Source of the DNA: Acidimicrobiia bacterium
Lineage (GTDB): Bacteria > Actinomycetota > Acidimicrobiia > UBA2766
NCBI GenBank assembly: GCA_046331095.1
Contig: JAXLRM010000003.1
Location: forward strand, 596,001-660,000
Reading direction: 5' to 3'
Length of the DNA stretch: 64,000 nt
In this document: positions 55,852-64,000 of the stretch, piece by piece
Numbering within the stretch: position 1 is the stretch's first letter
How the letters are laid out: each line of letters starts with the position of its first letter
Notes under the pieces: generated by a model
Database searches by the model: none
Seen by the model: the letters and a program-made list of their open reading frames with translations, nothing else
What the model was told of the DNA's origin: nothing
Made by a program: the position numbers and the translations under genes

Positions 55852-56505
55852 ATGACGCCGATGCTCGCAGCGCAGACCGAGGCCGCCCGGCAAGCCGCCA
55901 CCCTGGTGCGGGACCCCACGCAGTTCAAGTGGTACGCCGTCACCCTGTTGGCGATCGTGTTCCTCGCCTACGCGAACGAGGTCCAGCGCGGGCGTATGGA
56001 CGTCGTCTGTGCCGGACTCGCGGTGTGGTTCGCCGACTGGTTCAACGAGATCGTCAACTCGGTCGTCTTCCACCTCAGCGACCGGGCACCGCTGTGGGCG
56101 ACGACGGGACCGACTGCCTACCAGCTCCTGGTCGGCCTCAACGTCGAGATCTCGTTCATGTTCGCCCTCGGCGGCATCGTGTACGCCAAGCTGCTGCCGG
56201 CGGAGCGGTCGAAACGTGTGCTCGGCATGCCGAACCGTCTCGCCTACGCCCTCGGCCTCTCGCTGATCTCGGTCGCGGTGGAGCTGTTCCTGCACACCAC
56301 CGGCACGTTCCACTGGGAGTACCGGTGGTGGAACGTCGCCACATTCCCGGTGATCGTCGTGTTCGGCTACCTGTGGTTCTTCCTCTTCGCCGCCTGGGTC
56401 TACGACGCGCCCGACCAGCGGACTCGCTGGTTGCGGGTGGGAGGCCTCGCCGGCGTCGACGTGGTCATGGTCCTGGTCTTCGGCGTTGCCCTGGGCTGGC
56501 TCTGA
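55852..56505 (+). CDS. Hypothetical polytopic membrane protein
   Basis: 217 aa, with about 6 hydrophobic segments (for example YAVTLLAIVFLAY, LLVGLNVEISFMFALGGIVYA, VIVVFGYLWFFLFAAWVY). No family recognised. Confidence 0.55.
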   Translation: MTPMLAAQTEAARQAATLVRDPTQFKWYAVTLLAIVFLAYANEVQRGRMDVVCAGLAVWFADWFNEIVNSVVFHLSDRAPLWATTGPTAYQLLVGLNVEISFMFALGGIVYAKLLPAERSKRVLGMPNRLAYALGLSLISVAVELFLHTTGTFHWEYRWWNVATFPVIVVFGYLWFFLFAAWVYDAPDQRTRWLRVGGLAGVDVVMVLVFGVALGWL

Positions 56506-56530
56506 GACACCGTCGACCGCGACGCCCCGG

Positions 56531-57211
56531 TCAGCTCGCGCGGCGGCGAGGGGTCCAGATCGCCGAGTGCAGGCCGACACGGGGGCCTGTGTGGGCCCTC
56601 AGTGACGCCCTGCGGACCCGCGCCAGGTCGTCGTCGTAAGGGGCGGTGAGCGGGTAGTGGCCCGGGTACAGGCGCCGGGTCGACTCGGCAAGAGCGGCCG
56701 TATCGGTCGGCTGGGACCTCAGCGCGGCAAGATCGACGATCTCCATGGCCGTCTCGATGAAGGCTTGCTCGTACTCGGTCTCGGCCTCGAGAAGGTCCCA
56801 GCACGCCGGGATCGCCCTGTGCAGGGATACTTGGTGGGCGTGCCACAACCGGTCCTGCAGCCCCGCTGACCCGGGCTCCGCGCTGTGCCCGCCATACGCG
56901 AGCCAGGCTCGGGCGCCGTCGCCGCCGGAGCCGTCGAAGTGGTCGAAGTGGTCGGCATCACCGGCATCCGCGAGGTCGAGGATCAAGCAGCCGTTGAGCG
57001 CCTTCCACCACGGGGACCCGGCGCTGTCGTCCAAGCGGCCGCTGTCGAGGAGCCAGTCGACGAAATCGATCAGGGCACGGCCGAGGCCCGGGGGCCGGTC
57101 GGGTCCCGGGAAGCGCAGGAAGAAAGCTCGGATCACGCGACTCCGCAGAGCGGCGCCGAGTCCCACTGCCGCCTCGATGCGTGCCTCGCCGATCTTGCCG
57201 GTCACCCTCAC
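56531..57211 (-). CDS. Hypothetical protein (last gene of PrpD/activase operon)
   Basis: 226 aa. Starts 24 nt after the stop of the 1447-aa gene. Codon bias is coding-like. No motif recognised. Confidence 0.45.
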   Translation of the reverse strand: MRVTGKIGEARIEAAVGLGAALRSRVIRAFFLRFPGPDRPPGLGRALIDFVDWLLDSGRLDDSAGSPWWKALNGCLILDLADAGDADHFDHFDGSGGDGARAWLAYGGHSAEPGSAGLQDRLWHAHQVSLHRAIPACWDLLEAETEYEQAFIETAMEIVDLAALRSQPTDTAALAESTRRLYPGHYPLTAPYDDDLARVRRASLRAHTGPRVGLHSAIWTPRRRAS

Positions 57212-57235
57212 CCCGTCCGTGATTCCCGCGGAACG

Positions 57236-60200
57236 CTAGCGGGCCAAACCAGCAAAGACCGAGGTCCCGGCGCCGCGGTGTGCGTCCGTGCCGACACCCA
57301 CACGGGGAGGTTCACGCCGCAACCTGAACACGAAGGCGTTGAGGCGCCTCTCGTCGAGGGGAGAACCGTCGTTGTAGACGAACAAGAGCGGGATCTCGCG
57401 CTCGTGTCGCAACATGGCCTCGCTCACGAGCGCCGGGCCACAGCCCCAGGGGCTCACGACCACGACGCCGTCGCAGCGCCCGTCCGCCCACCAGTGGCGC
57501 ACGCTGCCGATGGTCACCGGAGCCTCTCCCTGGGGGTACTTGTCGAGCACGGGACGTGACGCCGCGATGATCGGGCGGATCTCGCCCGTGGGCAGCCACG
57601 GGTGCCGCTTCAGCGCCTTGGCGTACATCTGCTTGCGGATGCGGCGCAGACCGGCGCTCACGATGTTCCTACTGCGCTGCTCCCTCGGGTAGCGGACCAA
57701 CTCGCGCAGGCCTTCGTGCGCGAGGTACTCCGGCAGGGTCTGGGTGGGTTCCACCGCGACGAGCACGCCGCGCTCGTTGAGGCGCCGGATCAGCCCGTCG
57801 TTCGCGCACTCGTCGACACGGAGGTATATGTCGCCGCTGAGGAGCACCGTGCGCAGCCCTTCGGGGACCGCGGCGCGGGCGCCGAGAGCGGCGAAGTCCG
57901 CCGACGCCGACTCGACGAGCGCGGCGATGTCGCGCCCGACGCGCGTGGCCCTCACGAACGACAGGATCGTGCCACCGCCTTCTGGCGCAGGCCGTGCGAG
58001 CAGCGCCTCGAGCTCGTCGCAGTAACGGCGGTAGAGGTCGTCCACTTCGCCGTCGTGGCCCTCCAGTGGGCGGTAGTACGCGGCGAACTGCTGGAGGATG
58101 TCCCACGCGCAGAGGCCTCCTGCGACGCGGGCCATGAATGCCGGCCCGAGGTCCGCCTCGAGTTGGAGGTCGCGCATGGAGACGCTGTCGTCGCGGCCCA
58201 TGCGCTCCAGCGTGATCTGGTCCTTGACGCTGAACATGCAGTTGCGGCAGGTCCCCTCCCCCGTCACCTGCACCAGGACCGTCTCACGATCGCCACCGGC
58301 GTCGGAGCCGGCATCTGCGTCGAGGTACTTGCGGAACGATCCCCAGATGAGCTGATAGGGCAGGCACTCCTTGCCCGAGCAGTCCCGGCGGCCGAGATGG
58401 AGCGACTCGGCGTCGGGAGGACCCGCCGAGACCGCGTCGACGCCGTGCGCTCGGTACGCCGCTGCGAGCATCGAGGTCATCCGGTCCGCCATCGCGAACA
58501 TCACGAAGCGGGCGTCGTCACCGTAACCGGAGATGGCAGGGTTCGGCAGCGGTTCGAGCAGGCGCAGGCGCTCGGGAGCTGCGGGCGACCGCTCGCGACT
58601 GTGGCGCCGTGCGGTGTGCAGGAACGCCTGCACGCGTGTGACGTAGCCGGCGGTGCCGCCGTGGCCGTCGCTCTCGAGGGTCGTGTGGGGGTAGTCCTCG
58701 CACAGAGAAGTGAAGATCTGCTCCGCGAACGACGCCGGTCCGCACCCGAACGACGAGAGCAGCAGCGGGTACACGTCGCCCATGGCACGGGCGGCGACCG
58801 CAGCACGCAGCGCCTTGTTCTCGTCGGCCCACGGCATCCGCTCGAACCGCGGCGTGGCCGCGTCCACCGCGAAGGTGTCCTGTGGCAGCGCCATGACGCC
58901 GTTCTCGCGCAGCAGTCTCGGGATGCCGGCGTTGACGGTCGGGTCGTGCACGACATGGAGCAGGCCGCACACGACGACCGCCGGTATCTCGTGGTCGCGG
59001 CTGAACCGCAGCGCCCGGCGGCCGGCTTCTTCGAGCGCGTCCTCGTAGGTCGCCTGTGCTGTGGCTGCCGCACGTGCCGCGGCGGCGATCCGCAACGGCG
59101 ACACGCGCTCGCCTACTGCGGCGGCAAGGGCGTCGGCCGCCTCGATGAGCTGGGTGAGCAGAGCGGTCTCGTCGCCGTCGAACGCGATCGGCGGGGCCAC
59201 GATCGTGAGCTCGCGCCCCCGGGCACGCAGCGCTGCCCCGACCATGTCGGGCTGTGCGATCTCCATGGGACACGTCTTGCCGCCGCCGGCGAAGGTGAGC
59301 ACCTTCGGGAAGAACACGACGTCGACGCCGTCGCTGTCGAGCACACCGTGGGCGACCTTCACCGGCGCGCACGCATCGAAGCTGTAGCAGCGCTCCTCAC
59401 CGCGGGCGAGCGAGGTGGCCTCGGGGGCCAACACGCGCGGCGCGAAGCCGAGCTCTCGCAGGAACGTCACGAGCCAGGGCACGATGCCGTACAGGGCGCC
59501 CACCACGGGGACTCCCACGGGGGTCGCGGCGTCCCCCGCGTCCGCTTCGTCGAGATACGGTGCCAGCAGTGCCGCGCGCTCGTCGAAGGGCGACGGCGCC
59601 TCGAGCGGGAGCTTCGCCTTGGTCGCCGACGCGACCTCGTACTTGGGACAGGCCCCACCCGAGAGGACGCTCTGGGTCGTGTCCCCGACGGCGACCTTGA
59701 CCCGCTCGATGTTGCACAGGGTCGCGCAGCGCTTGTCACGGCACTGGAACTCGGAACGGTCGACGATCGCGGCGCCGAGCGCGCGGCCGAGGTCGAAAGG
59801 CTCGTGCGCAGCCACGAGGTCGACCTCCTCGATGACGCACAGGCCGATGCCCCAGGCGCCCATCGCCCCGGGGTTGGGCGGGACGTAGACCTCGCGCCCG
59901 GTGACCGCGGCCAACGTCCATGCGAGCGACTCGCCCGACGCGGGCTTGCCCTGGAAGAAGATGCGGCGCCCGAACGTGCGCTGGCCCATGACCCGGTTGA
60001 TGTAGTTGTGCACCACCGAGTACTGGAAGCCGCCGAAGAGGTCGGCGACGTCGAAGCCCTCGTTGTGGGCCTCCGCGGCAGCCTCGGCCACGAAGACGGT
60101 GCACATCTGGCCCAGATCCGGCGGCCGCGTCGCTGTCGTGGCGAGCCGCGTGAACTCGGCGATGTCGTGCACTCCGTAGAACGCTGCCTGCTCCTCGAGG

Positions 60201-61579
60201 AACGAGCCTGTCCCGGCGCTGCACGCCTTGTTCATGTCGCTCTCGACTATCTGACCGCCGCTGATCTGGATGAACTTGGCGTCCTGGCCGCCGATCTCGA
60301 CGACCGAGAGCGAGTCGCCGTCGTCGGGATCGCAGCGGATCGCCGCGGTCGCGTGCGCGACGATCTCGTTCAGGGTCACGATGCGGTCCGCGAGCTCGGG
60401 GTAGGCGGCTCGCAGCACGCTCGCGGCTGCCTCGCGGCCGGATCCGGTCAGCCCGACGGCGCGCACGTCGGGGCTGCCCTGGTCCAGGACCGTGCGGATC
60501 AGCCTGGCCAGGGCGTCGACGGGGTTCCCCCGCGTGCGGTCGTAGACGTCGAGTACGGCATCGCCGGTCGCGACCGAGGTGAGCACTGCCTTGCTGCCCG
60601 TCGAACCGAGGTCGATGCCGAGGACGACCGCCTCGCCGAAGGGGTCCGCCGCCGCCGGGACCGCGTCGAGACGGGTGACCATCGACGCGTGCTTCGACGC
60701 CGCATCGAGGACGACGAAGCGCGTGCTGCGCTCCTCGAGCAGGACCGCGGGGTCCACCGGCAGGGCGTCGAGGCGTTCCCCGCGGGCCTGCTCTGCCGCG
60801 AGGGCTGCGGCCCCGATGGCTTCGAGGTACAGATGATGCTCGGGCACGACCACGTCGACACCGGTCGCGTCCGACAGGCCCTCGACGAGGGTGGAGATCC
60901 GGGCACATCCGCCGACGGCGAGCACAGGGCCGTCCACACGCGCCCGTGCGAGCAGGGCCGTCACGTACTTGGCGACCGATCCGAAGTAGCCGCGGAACAG
61001 CGCCGCGGCAGGCCGGCCCTGGTTGCCGAAGTGGGTCATCTCGCTCTTGGCGAAGACCGAGCATCGCGCCGTGATCGGGATGGTCTCCGCGGCCGTGGCC
61101 GCGATCCGGTCGGCCTCCTCGATCGACAGGCCGAATCGGCCCGCGATCCTGACCATGGTCTCACCGGTACCGGAGGAGCACTTGTCGTTCTCGACGTAGT
61201 TGAGGTGCCCGTCGGCGCTGCGTGTGAGGACGCTGTAGCCGCGTGCGCCCACGCTCACGATGTTGAGCGCACCCGTGGCGAACTCGCCCGGGATCGCCTC
61301 CAGCGACGCGCCCAGGCACGCGTCCTCGGGCAGCCCGCTCATCACGGGTGCGCCGAGCTTGTCGGCGTGCAGGCCGGTCGCACCGAGGGCTGCGAGCTCG
61401 TGAGCCGAGTTGGCCTCGTACCACTGGCAGAACACCTCGCCCGCACGGCCCTCGTGCGGGATCGCCTCGGCGGATTCGATGCGGGCGACCCCGTCGGCAC
61501 CGAAGCTCGCCACGACGAACGTCGCGGTGGCCTTGCCGATGTCACAGCCGCCGACGCGGACGTGGTCGTGTGGCTCCAT
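57236..61579 (-). CDS. Fusion protein: two BcrAD/BadFG/HgdC-type activase ATPase modules + Cys-rich 2-hydroxyacyl-CoA-dehydratase-like (DUF2229/HgdAB-like) region
   Basis: Track ORF 57236..63223 trimmed to the ATG at 61579 (MEPHDHVRVGGCDIGKATATF; alternatives 61609 and 61633). Module 1: NDKCSSGTGETM...ARCSVFAKSEMTH. Module 2: LGIDLGSTGSKAV...EIGGQDAKFI...NKACSAGTGSFLEEQA...QMCTVFVAEA. It is followed by Cys motifs CRDKRCATLC, GGACPKYE, SSFGCGPA, GEGTCRNC and SPWGCGPA. Confidence 0.85.
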   Translation of the reverse strand: MEPHDHVRVGGCDIGKATATFVVASFGADGVARIESAEAIPHEGRAGEVFCQWYEANSAHELAALGATGLHADKLGAPVMSGLPEDACLGASLEAIPGEFATGALNIVSVGARGYSVLTRSADGHLNYVENDKCSSGTGETMVRIAGRFGLSIEEADRIAATAAETIPITARCSVFAKSEMTHFGNQGRPAAALFRGYFGSVAKYVTALLARARVDGPVLAVGGCARISTLVEGLSDATGVDVVVPEHHLYLEAIGAAALAAEQARGERLDALPVDPAVLLEERSTRFVVLDAASKHASMVTRLDAVPAAADPFGEAVVLGIDLGSTGSKAVLTSVATGDAVLDVYDRTRGNPVDALARLIRTVLDQGSPDVRAVGLTGSGREAAASVLRAAYPELADRIVTLNEIVAHATAAIRCDPDDGDSLSVVEIGGQDAKFIQISGGQIVESDMNKACSAGTGSFLEEQAAFYGVHDIAEFTRLATTATRPPDLGQMCTVFVAEAAAEAHNEGFDVADLFGGFQYSVVHNYINRVMGQRTFGRRIFFQGKPASGESLAWTLAAVTGREVYVPPNPGAMGAWGIGLCVIEEVDLVAAHEPFDLGRALGAAIVDRSEFQCRDKRCATLCNIERVKVAVGDTTQSVLSGGACPKYEVASATKAKLPLEAPSPFDERAALLAPYLDEADAGDAATPVGVPVVGALYGIVPWLVTFLRELGFAPRVLAPEATSLARGEERCYSFDACAPVKVAHGVLDSDGVDVVFFPKVLTFAGGGKTCPMEIAQPDMVGAALRARGRELTIVAPPIAFDGDETALLTQLIEAADALAAAVGERVSPLRIAAAARAAATAQATYEDALEEAGRRALRFSRDHEIPAVVVCGLLHVVHDPTVNAGIPRLLRENGVMALPQDTFAVDAATPRFERMPWADENKALRAAVAARAMGDVYPLLLSSFGCGPASFAEQIFTSLCEDYPHTTLESDGHGGTAGYVTRVQAFLHTARRHSRERSPAAPERLRLLEPLPNPAISGYGDDARFVMFAMADRMTSMLAAAYRAHGVDAVSAGPPDAESLHLGRRDCSGKECLPYQLIWGSFRKYLDADAGSDAGGDRETVLVQVTGEGTCRNCMFSVKDQITLERMGRDDSVSMRDLQLEADLGPAFMARVAGGLCAWDILQQFAAYYRPLEGHDGEVDDLYRRYCDELEALLARPAPEGGGTILSFVRATRVGRDIAALVESASADFAALGARAAVPEGLRTVLLSGDIYLRVDECANDGLIRRLNERGVLVAVEPTQTLPEYLAHEGLRELVRYPREQRSRNIVSAGLRRIRKQMYAKALKRHPWLPTGEIRPIIAASRPVLDKYPQGEAPVTIGSVRHWWADGRCDGVVVVSPWGCGPALVSEAMLRHEREIPLLFVYNDGSPLDERRLNAFVFRLRREPPRVGVGTDAHRGAGTSVFAGLAR

Positions 61580-61677
61580 CGCCCCCTGTCCCCCTGTTGC
61601 AACCGGCATGGGCGCACATCTCGCACCCGCCATGCGATCACTCGTCACGATAGCGAGCAATGGCGTGGGGCGGAAGG

Positions 61678-63174
61678 CTATCGGGCGATGCCGGCGCGCA
61701 GGATCTCGACGAGGCGCGCCACCTCGGCGGTACCGGCGTCCGCGAGTCCCTCCACGAGCGCAGCCGCCTCGCGCGCACGCTCGGCGCCGAGCCAGGCGGA
61801 CGCCTCGGTCAGGTACTTTGCCAGCGCGATCCCGCGATGGCGTGCGCGCGTGCGCGCGCCGGCAGCGCCCAGAGCGATGTCGACGGCGGCCTCCTCGGTG
61901 CTGCCATCCGCGAAGTGCACCGTCACCCGCGCCCCGACCGCCTTCTCGGCGTCCTCGAAGGACGCCTCCGGGCCGCCTGCCACGAGGGCCGCCGCCGCCT
62001 GCTCCTCGAGGCCGAGCATCGGTGCGAGCCACGCCGTGGCGGCGTCTCCCGCTGTTCGCAGCGCCGCGCCCACCGGAGCGGTCGCGAGCAGGGCCCTCTC
62101 GGTGAGGTCGCGGTCGTACGCGACCTCGACCTTGGCGGCGAGGCCCCACACGGACGGATCCGCGACCATGTCCGCGTCGAAGTCCGCGGGGACGAGCGCG
62201 CCCCGCATCAGGGCGACGGCGACGTTGTAGGGGACCGAGAAGTTGAGCGCCGCCACGCCCGTACCGGGCCCGTGCACATAGGGGCGCGAGCGGGCATCCA
62301 TGCCGGCGGTGAACACCGACGCCGCCACCACGACCCGCTCGACGGTGTCGAGGCGGTCCTGCACACGGGGATGCAGCGTCACGGCGGCGTCGAGCGCAGC
62401 GTCGAGGTAGGCGCAGCCCGGGTACACCTTGATCGACAGGGTCTCGGTGTGCCAGCGCCGGCCGAGCCCGCCGACGGCCTGTGGCAGCGGGATCTCCGCG
62501 AACCGCGCCAGGAAGCCGTCGGGATGCTCGAGGATGTCGGCTGCGCCCGCGAGCCCCGCGGTCGCGGCGTCGCAGGCGTCGAGTCCGGTCCGAACCGGCG
62601 TCGCCGCGGTGAGGACCTTGGCGTCGCTGCCCATGAAGGCCCGCGTCAGCGACCACGGCGGCATCGCGAAGGCGAGACCCCATGCGTCGACGAGCGTCGG
62701 CGCCGCCATGGCCTCGGCACGGCCCCGCGCTGCGACCGCGCCGGCAAGGTGGGTGTGCGCGGCGGTCTGGCCGCGGAAGTGCCCGAGCGTCGCGGCCGCG
62801 GTGACCCGTGCTGCGGTCTCGTTCGCGGCGAGCACCGCGACGAGGAGCCCGGGGCCGTCGAGGCCCGCAGACTCGGCGTACGCGAGGGGGACGCCCACGG
62901 TCGAATGGGACACGTGGCCGGCGAAGACGGTGTCGTCGTAGTCGAGCAGCATCGTGAGCGCGGCCAGCACGTACGCGCTCTGCTTGGGGTCGCCGCCCAG
63001 GGGCGCGCCGAACGCCGCGACGACGCGCCGTCCGAGGTCGTGTCGGGCGCCCGCCGCGAGGGCACCCACGTGTGCAAGGATCTGCGATACGGCGAAGTCG
63101 ACGACCCGGGCCGGGATGTCGTCGAGGCGGAGGTCTGCGACCCACGCCGCGAGCTCCTCGGTGAGCGTCGGCAT
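61678..63174 (-). CDS. MmgE/PrpD-family protein (2-methylcitrate-dehydratase-like fold)
   Basis: Track ORF 61678..63390 trimmed to the ATG at 63174 (MPTLTEELAAWVADLRLDDIPARVVDFAVSQILAHVGALAAG, a typical PrpD N-terminus), 498 aa. Confidence 0.85.
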   Translation of the reverse strand: MPTLTEELAAWVADLRLDDIPARVVDFAVSQILAHVGALAAGARHDLGRRVVAAFGAPLGGDPKQSAYVLAALTMLLDYDDTVFAGHVSHSTVGVPLAYAESAGLDGPGLLVAVLAANETAARVTAAATLGHFRGQTAAHTHLAGAVAARGRAEAMAAPTLVDAWGLAFAMPPWSLTRAFMGSDAKVLTAATPVRTGLDACDAATAGLAGAADILEHPDGFLARFAEIPLPQAVGGLGRRWHTETLSIKVYPGCAYLDAALDAAVTLHPRVQDRLDTVERVVVAASVFTAGMDARSRPYVHGPGTGVAALNFSVPYNVAVALMRGALVPADFDADMVADPSVWGLAAKVEVAYDRDLTERALLATAPVGAALRTAGDAATAWLAPMLGLEEQAAAALVAGGPEASFEDAEKAVGARVTVHFADGSTEEAAVDIALGAAGARTRARHRGIALAKYLTEASAWLGAERAREAAALVEGLADAGTAEVARLVEILRAGIAR

Positions 63175-63226
63175 GGACGGCAGGATACCGGCGCCTTCGC
63201 CACAGCTGCGGGGCCAGGAGCACGCG

Positions 63227-64000
63227 ATGGCACCACGATCGGACCGGACCCTCACCCGGCAGGCGCTCACCGCGATCTGCGACGCGGTCATCCCCTCCGG
63301 CGGCGCCCTACCCGAAGGTGCCGTCGACGTCGGCGCTCCCGCGAGGATCGAGGAGTGGCTCGCGCGGTTCACACCGACGGCACGGAACACGGTCCGGGCG
63401 ATGATCCTCGCCTACGACCTCACCCCACTGCTGTCGCGGCACCTGAAGCCGCTGCACCGCCTCGATCCGGAGGACCGCCAGGCATGGGTCGCGGCGACCG
63501 CTTCGTCGCGGCTGCGCCCGAGCCGCGAGGCGCTCGCCGGACTGCGCACGATCGTCAACCTCGCCTACGCGGTCGATCCCCGCGTGCAGAGCCGCATCGG
63601 CTACGACGGCTCGCCGCTGGTCCCCCTCGACGCCGCACCGCTGCCTGCGGTGGCCGAACTGGCGGTCACGACCCATCCGGACGTGCCTGCCGACATCGAC
63701 TGCGACGTCGTCGTCGTCGGCTCCGGCGCCGGCGGCGCGGTCGCAGCCTTCGAGCTCGCTTCGGCGGGCATGTCCGTCGTGGTGGTCGAGGAGGGAGGTT
63801 CCGCCAACGGGGCGGACCGACCTCAGAGCCTCGAGGACGGCCTCTTCGGCGTGTACCGCGACAACGGCCTCACGACCACGCTCGGCACCCCGATCATCTC
63901 GCTGCCGATGGGCCGCGCCGTCGGGGGCACGACAGTGATCAACTCGGGGACGTGCTTCCGCACACCGGATCAGGTGCTGCATTCCTGGTCGCGCCTCGGC
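63227..64000 (+). CDS. GMC-family FAD oxidoreductase with N-terminal extension (partial, runs off window)
   Basis: Not in the ORF track; translated by hand from the ATG at 63227 (MAPRSDRTLTRQALTAICDAVIPSGG...). The FAD Rossmann motif is DVVVVGSGAGGAVAAFELASAGMSVVVVEEGG, followed by GRAVGGTTVINSG. The antisense track ORF 63308..63982 was rejected. Confidence 0.7.
   Translation, partial: MAPRSDRTLTRQALTAICDAVIPSGGALPEGAVDVGAPARIEEWLARFTPTARNTVRAMILAYDLTPLLSRHLKPLHRLDPEDRQAWVAATASSRLRPSREALAGLRTIVNLAYAVDPRVQSRIGYDGSPLVPLDAAPLPAVAELAVTTHPDVPADIDCDVVVVGSGAGGAVAAFELASAGMSVVVVEEGGSANGADRPQSLEDGLFGVYRDNGLTTTLGTPIISLPMGRAVGGTTVINSGTCFRTPDQVLHSWSRLG

Noticed and set aside
57602-62230. 1542-aa plus-strand ORF antisense to the activase-fusion gene
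   Set aside because: Its composition is low-complexity and Arg/Gly/Asp/Val-rich, with no recognisable motif. The minus-strand frame has unambiguous BcrAD/HgdC motifs throughout.
57236-63223. 1995-aa single giant ORF as given in the track
   Set aside because: The N-terminal roughly 548 codons are Arg/Pro/Gly-rich nonsense that overlaps the PrpD-family gene (61678..63174) in another frame. The real protein starts at the ATG at 61579 (MEPHDHVRVGGCDIGK).

Overview
High-GC, Actinomycetota-type chromosomal segment. I found no rRNA, no CRISPR/cas, and one tRNA. (1) 0.1-43.2 kb is an almost entirely minus-strand housekeeping supercluster: sigA-dnaG-dgt, ppdK, glyQS, uppS, recO, era, CNNM/CorC, ybeY, phoH, HIT, mtaB, rsmE, dnaJ, hrcA, hemW, lepA, rpsT, holA, a folP-like gene, comEC, comEA and leuS. 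Many junctions are 1- or 4-nt stop/start overlaps. The accessory insertions are a plus-strand block (Pro/Thr-rich membrane protein, APH/MtnK-like kinase, atypical enolase), VanW and RDD proteins, a secreted BNR-like protein plus pterin dehydratase, and a SARP/NB-ARC/TPR regulator. (2) 43.2-51.0 kb is a visibly lower-GC accessory patch. It holds an orphan alpha-oxoamine synthase next to a 7TM-GGDEF-EAL protein, a VOC protein and tRNA-Ala(GGC). A 3.3-kb element is integrated into the tRNA 3-prime half, bounded by a perfect 52-bp att duplication. The element carries a tyrosine integrase, a tandem-HIRAN protein and a zinc-ribbon membrane protein. (3) 51-64 kb is a lipid/redox cluster: M24 peptidase, SCP2 protein, TetR, a UbiB(ABC1)-SCP2 fusion, a membrane protein, a hypothetical protein, a 1447-aa double-activase/dehydratase-like fusion, an MmgE/PrpD protein and a partial GMC oxidoreductase. 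A dispersed palindromic repeat family (13 full copies in 4 tandem clusters) sits at gene 3-prime ends. The high GC produces many long shadow ORFs in the track, which I rejected. Several starts were re-assigned from the track by reading the DNA. All homology calls rest on motifs recognised by eye, not on searches.
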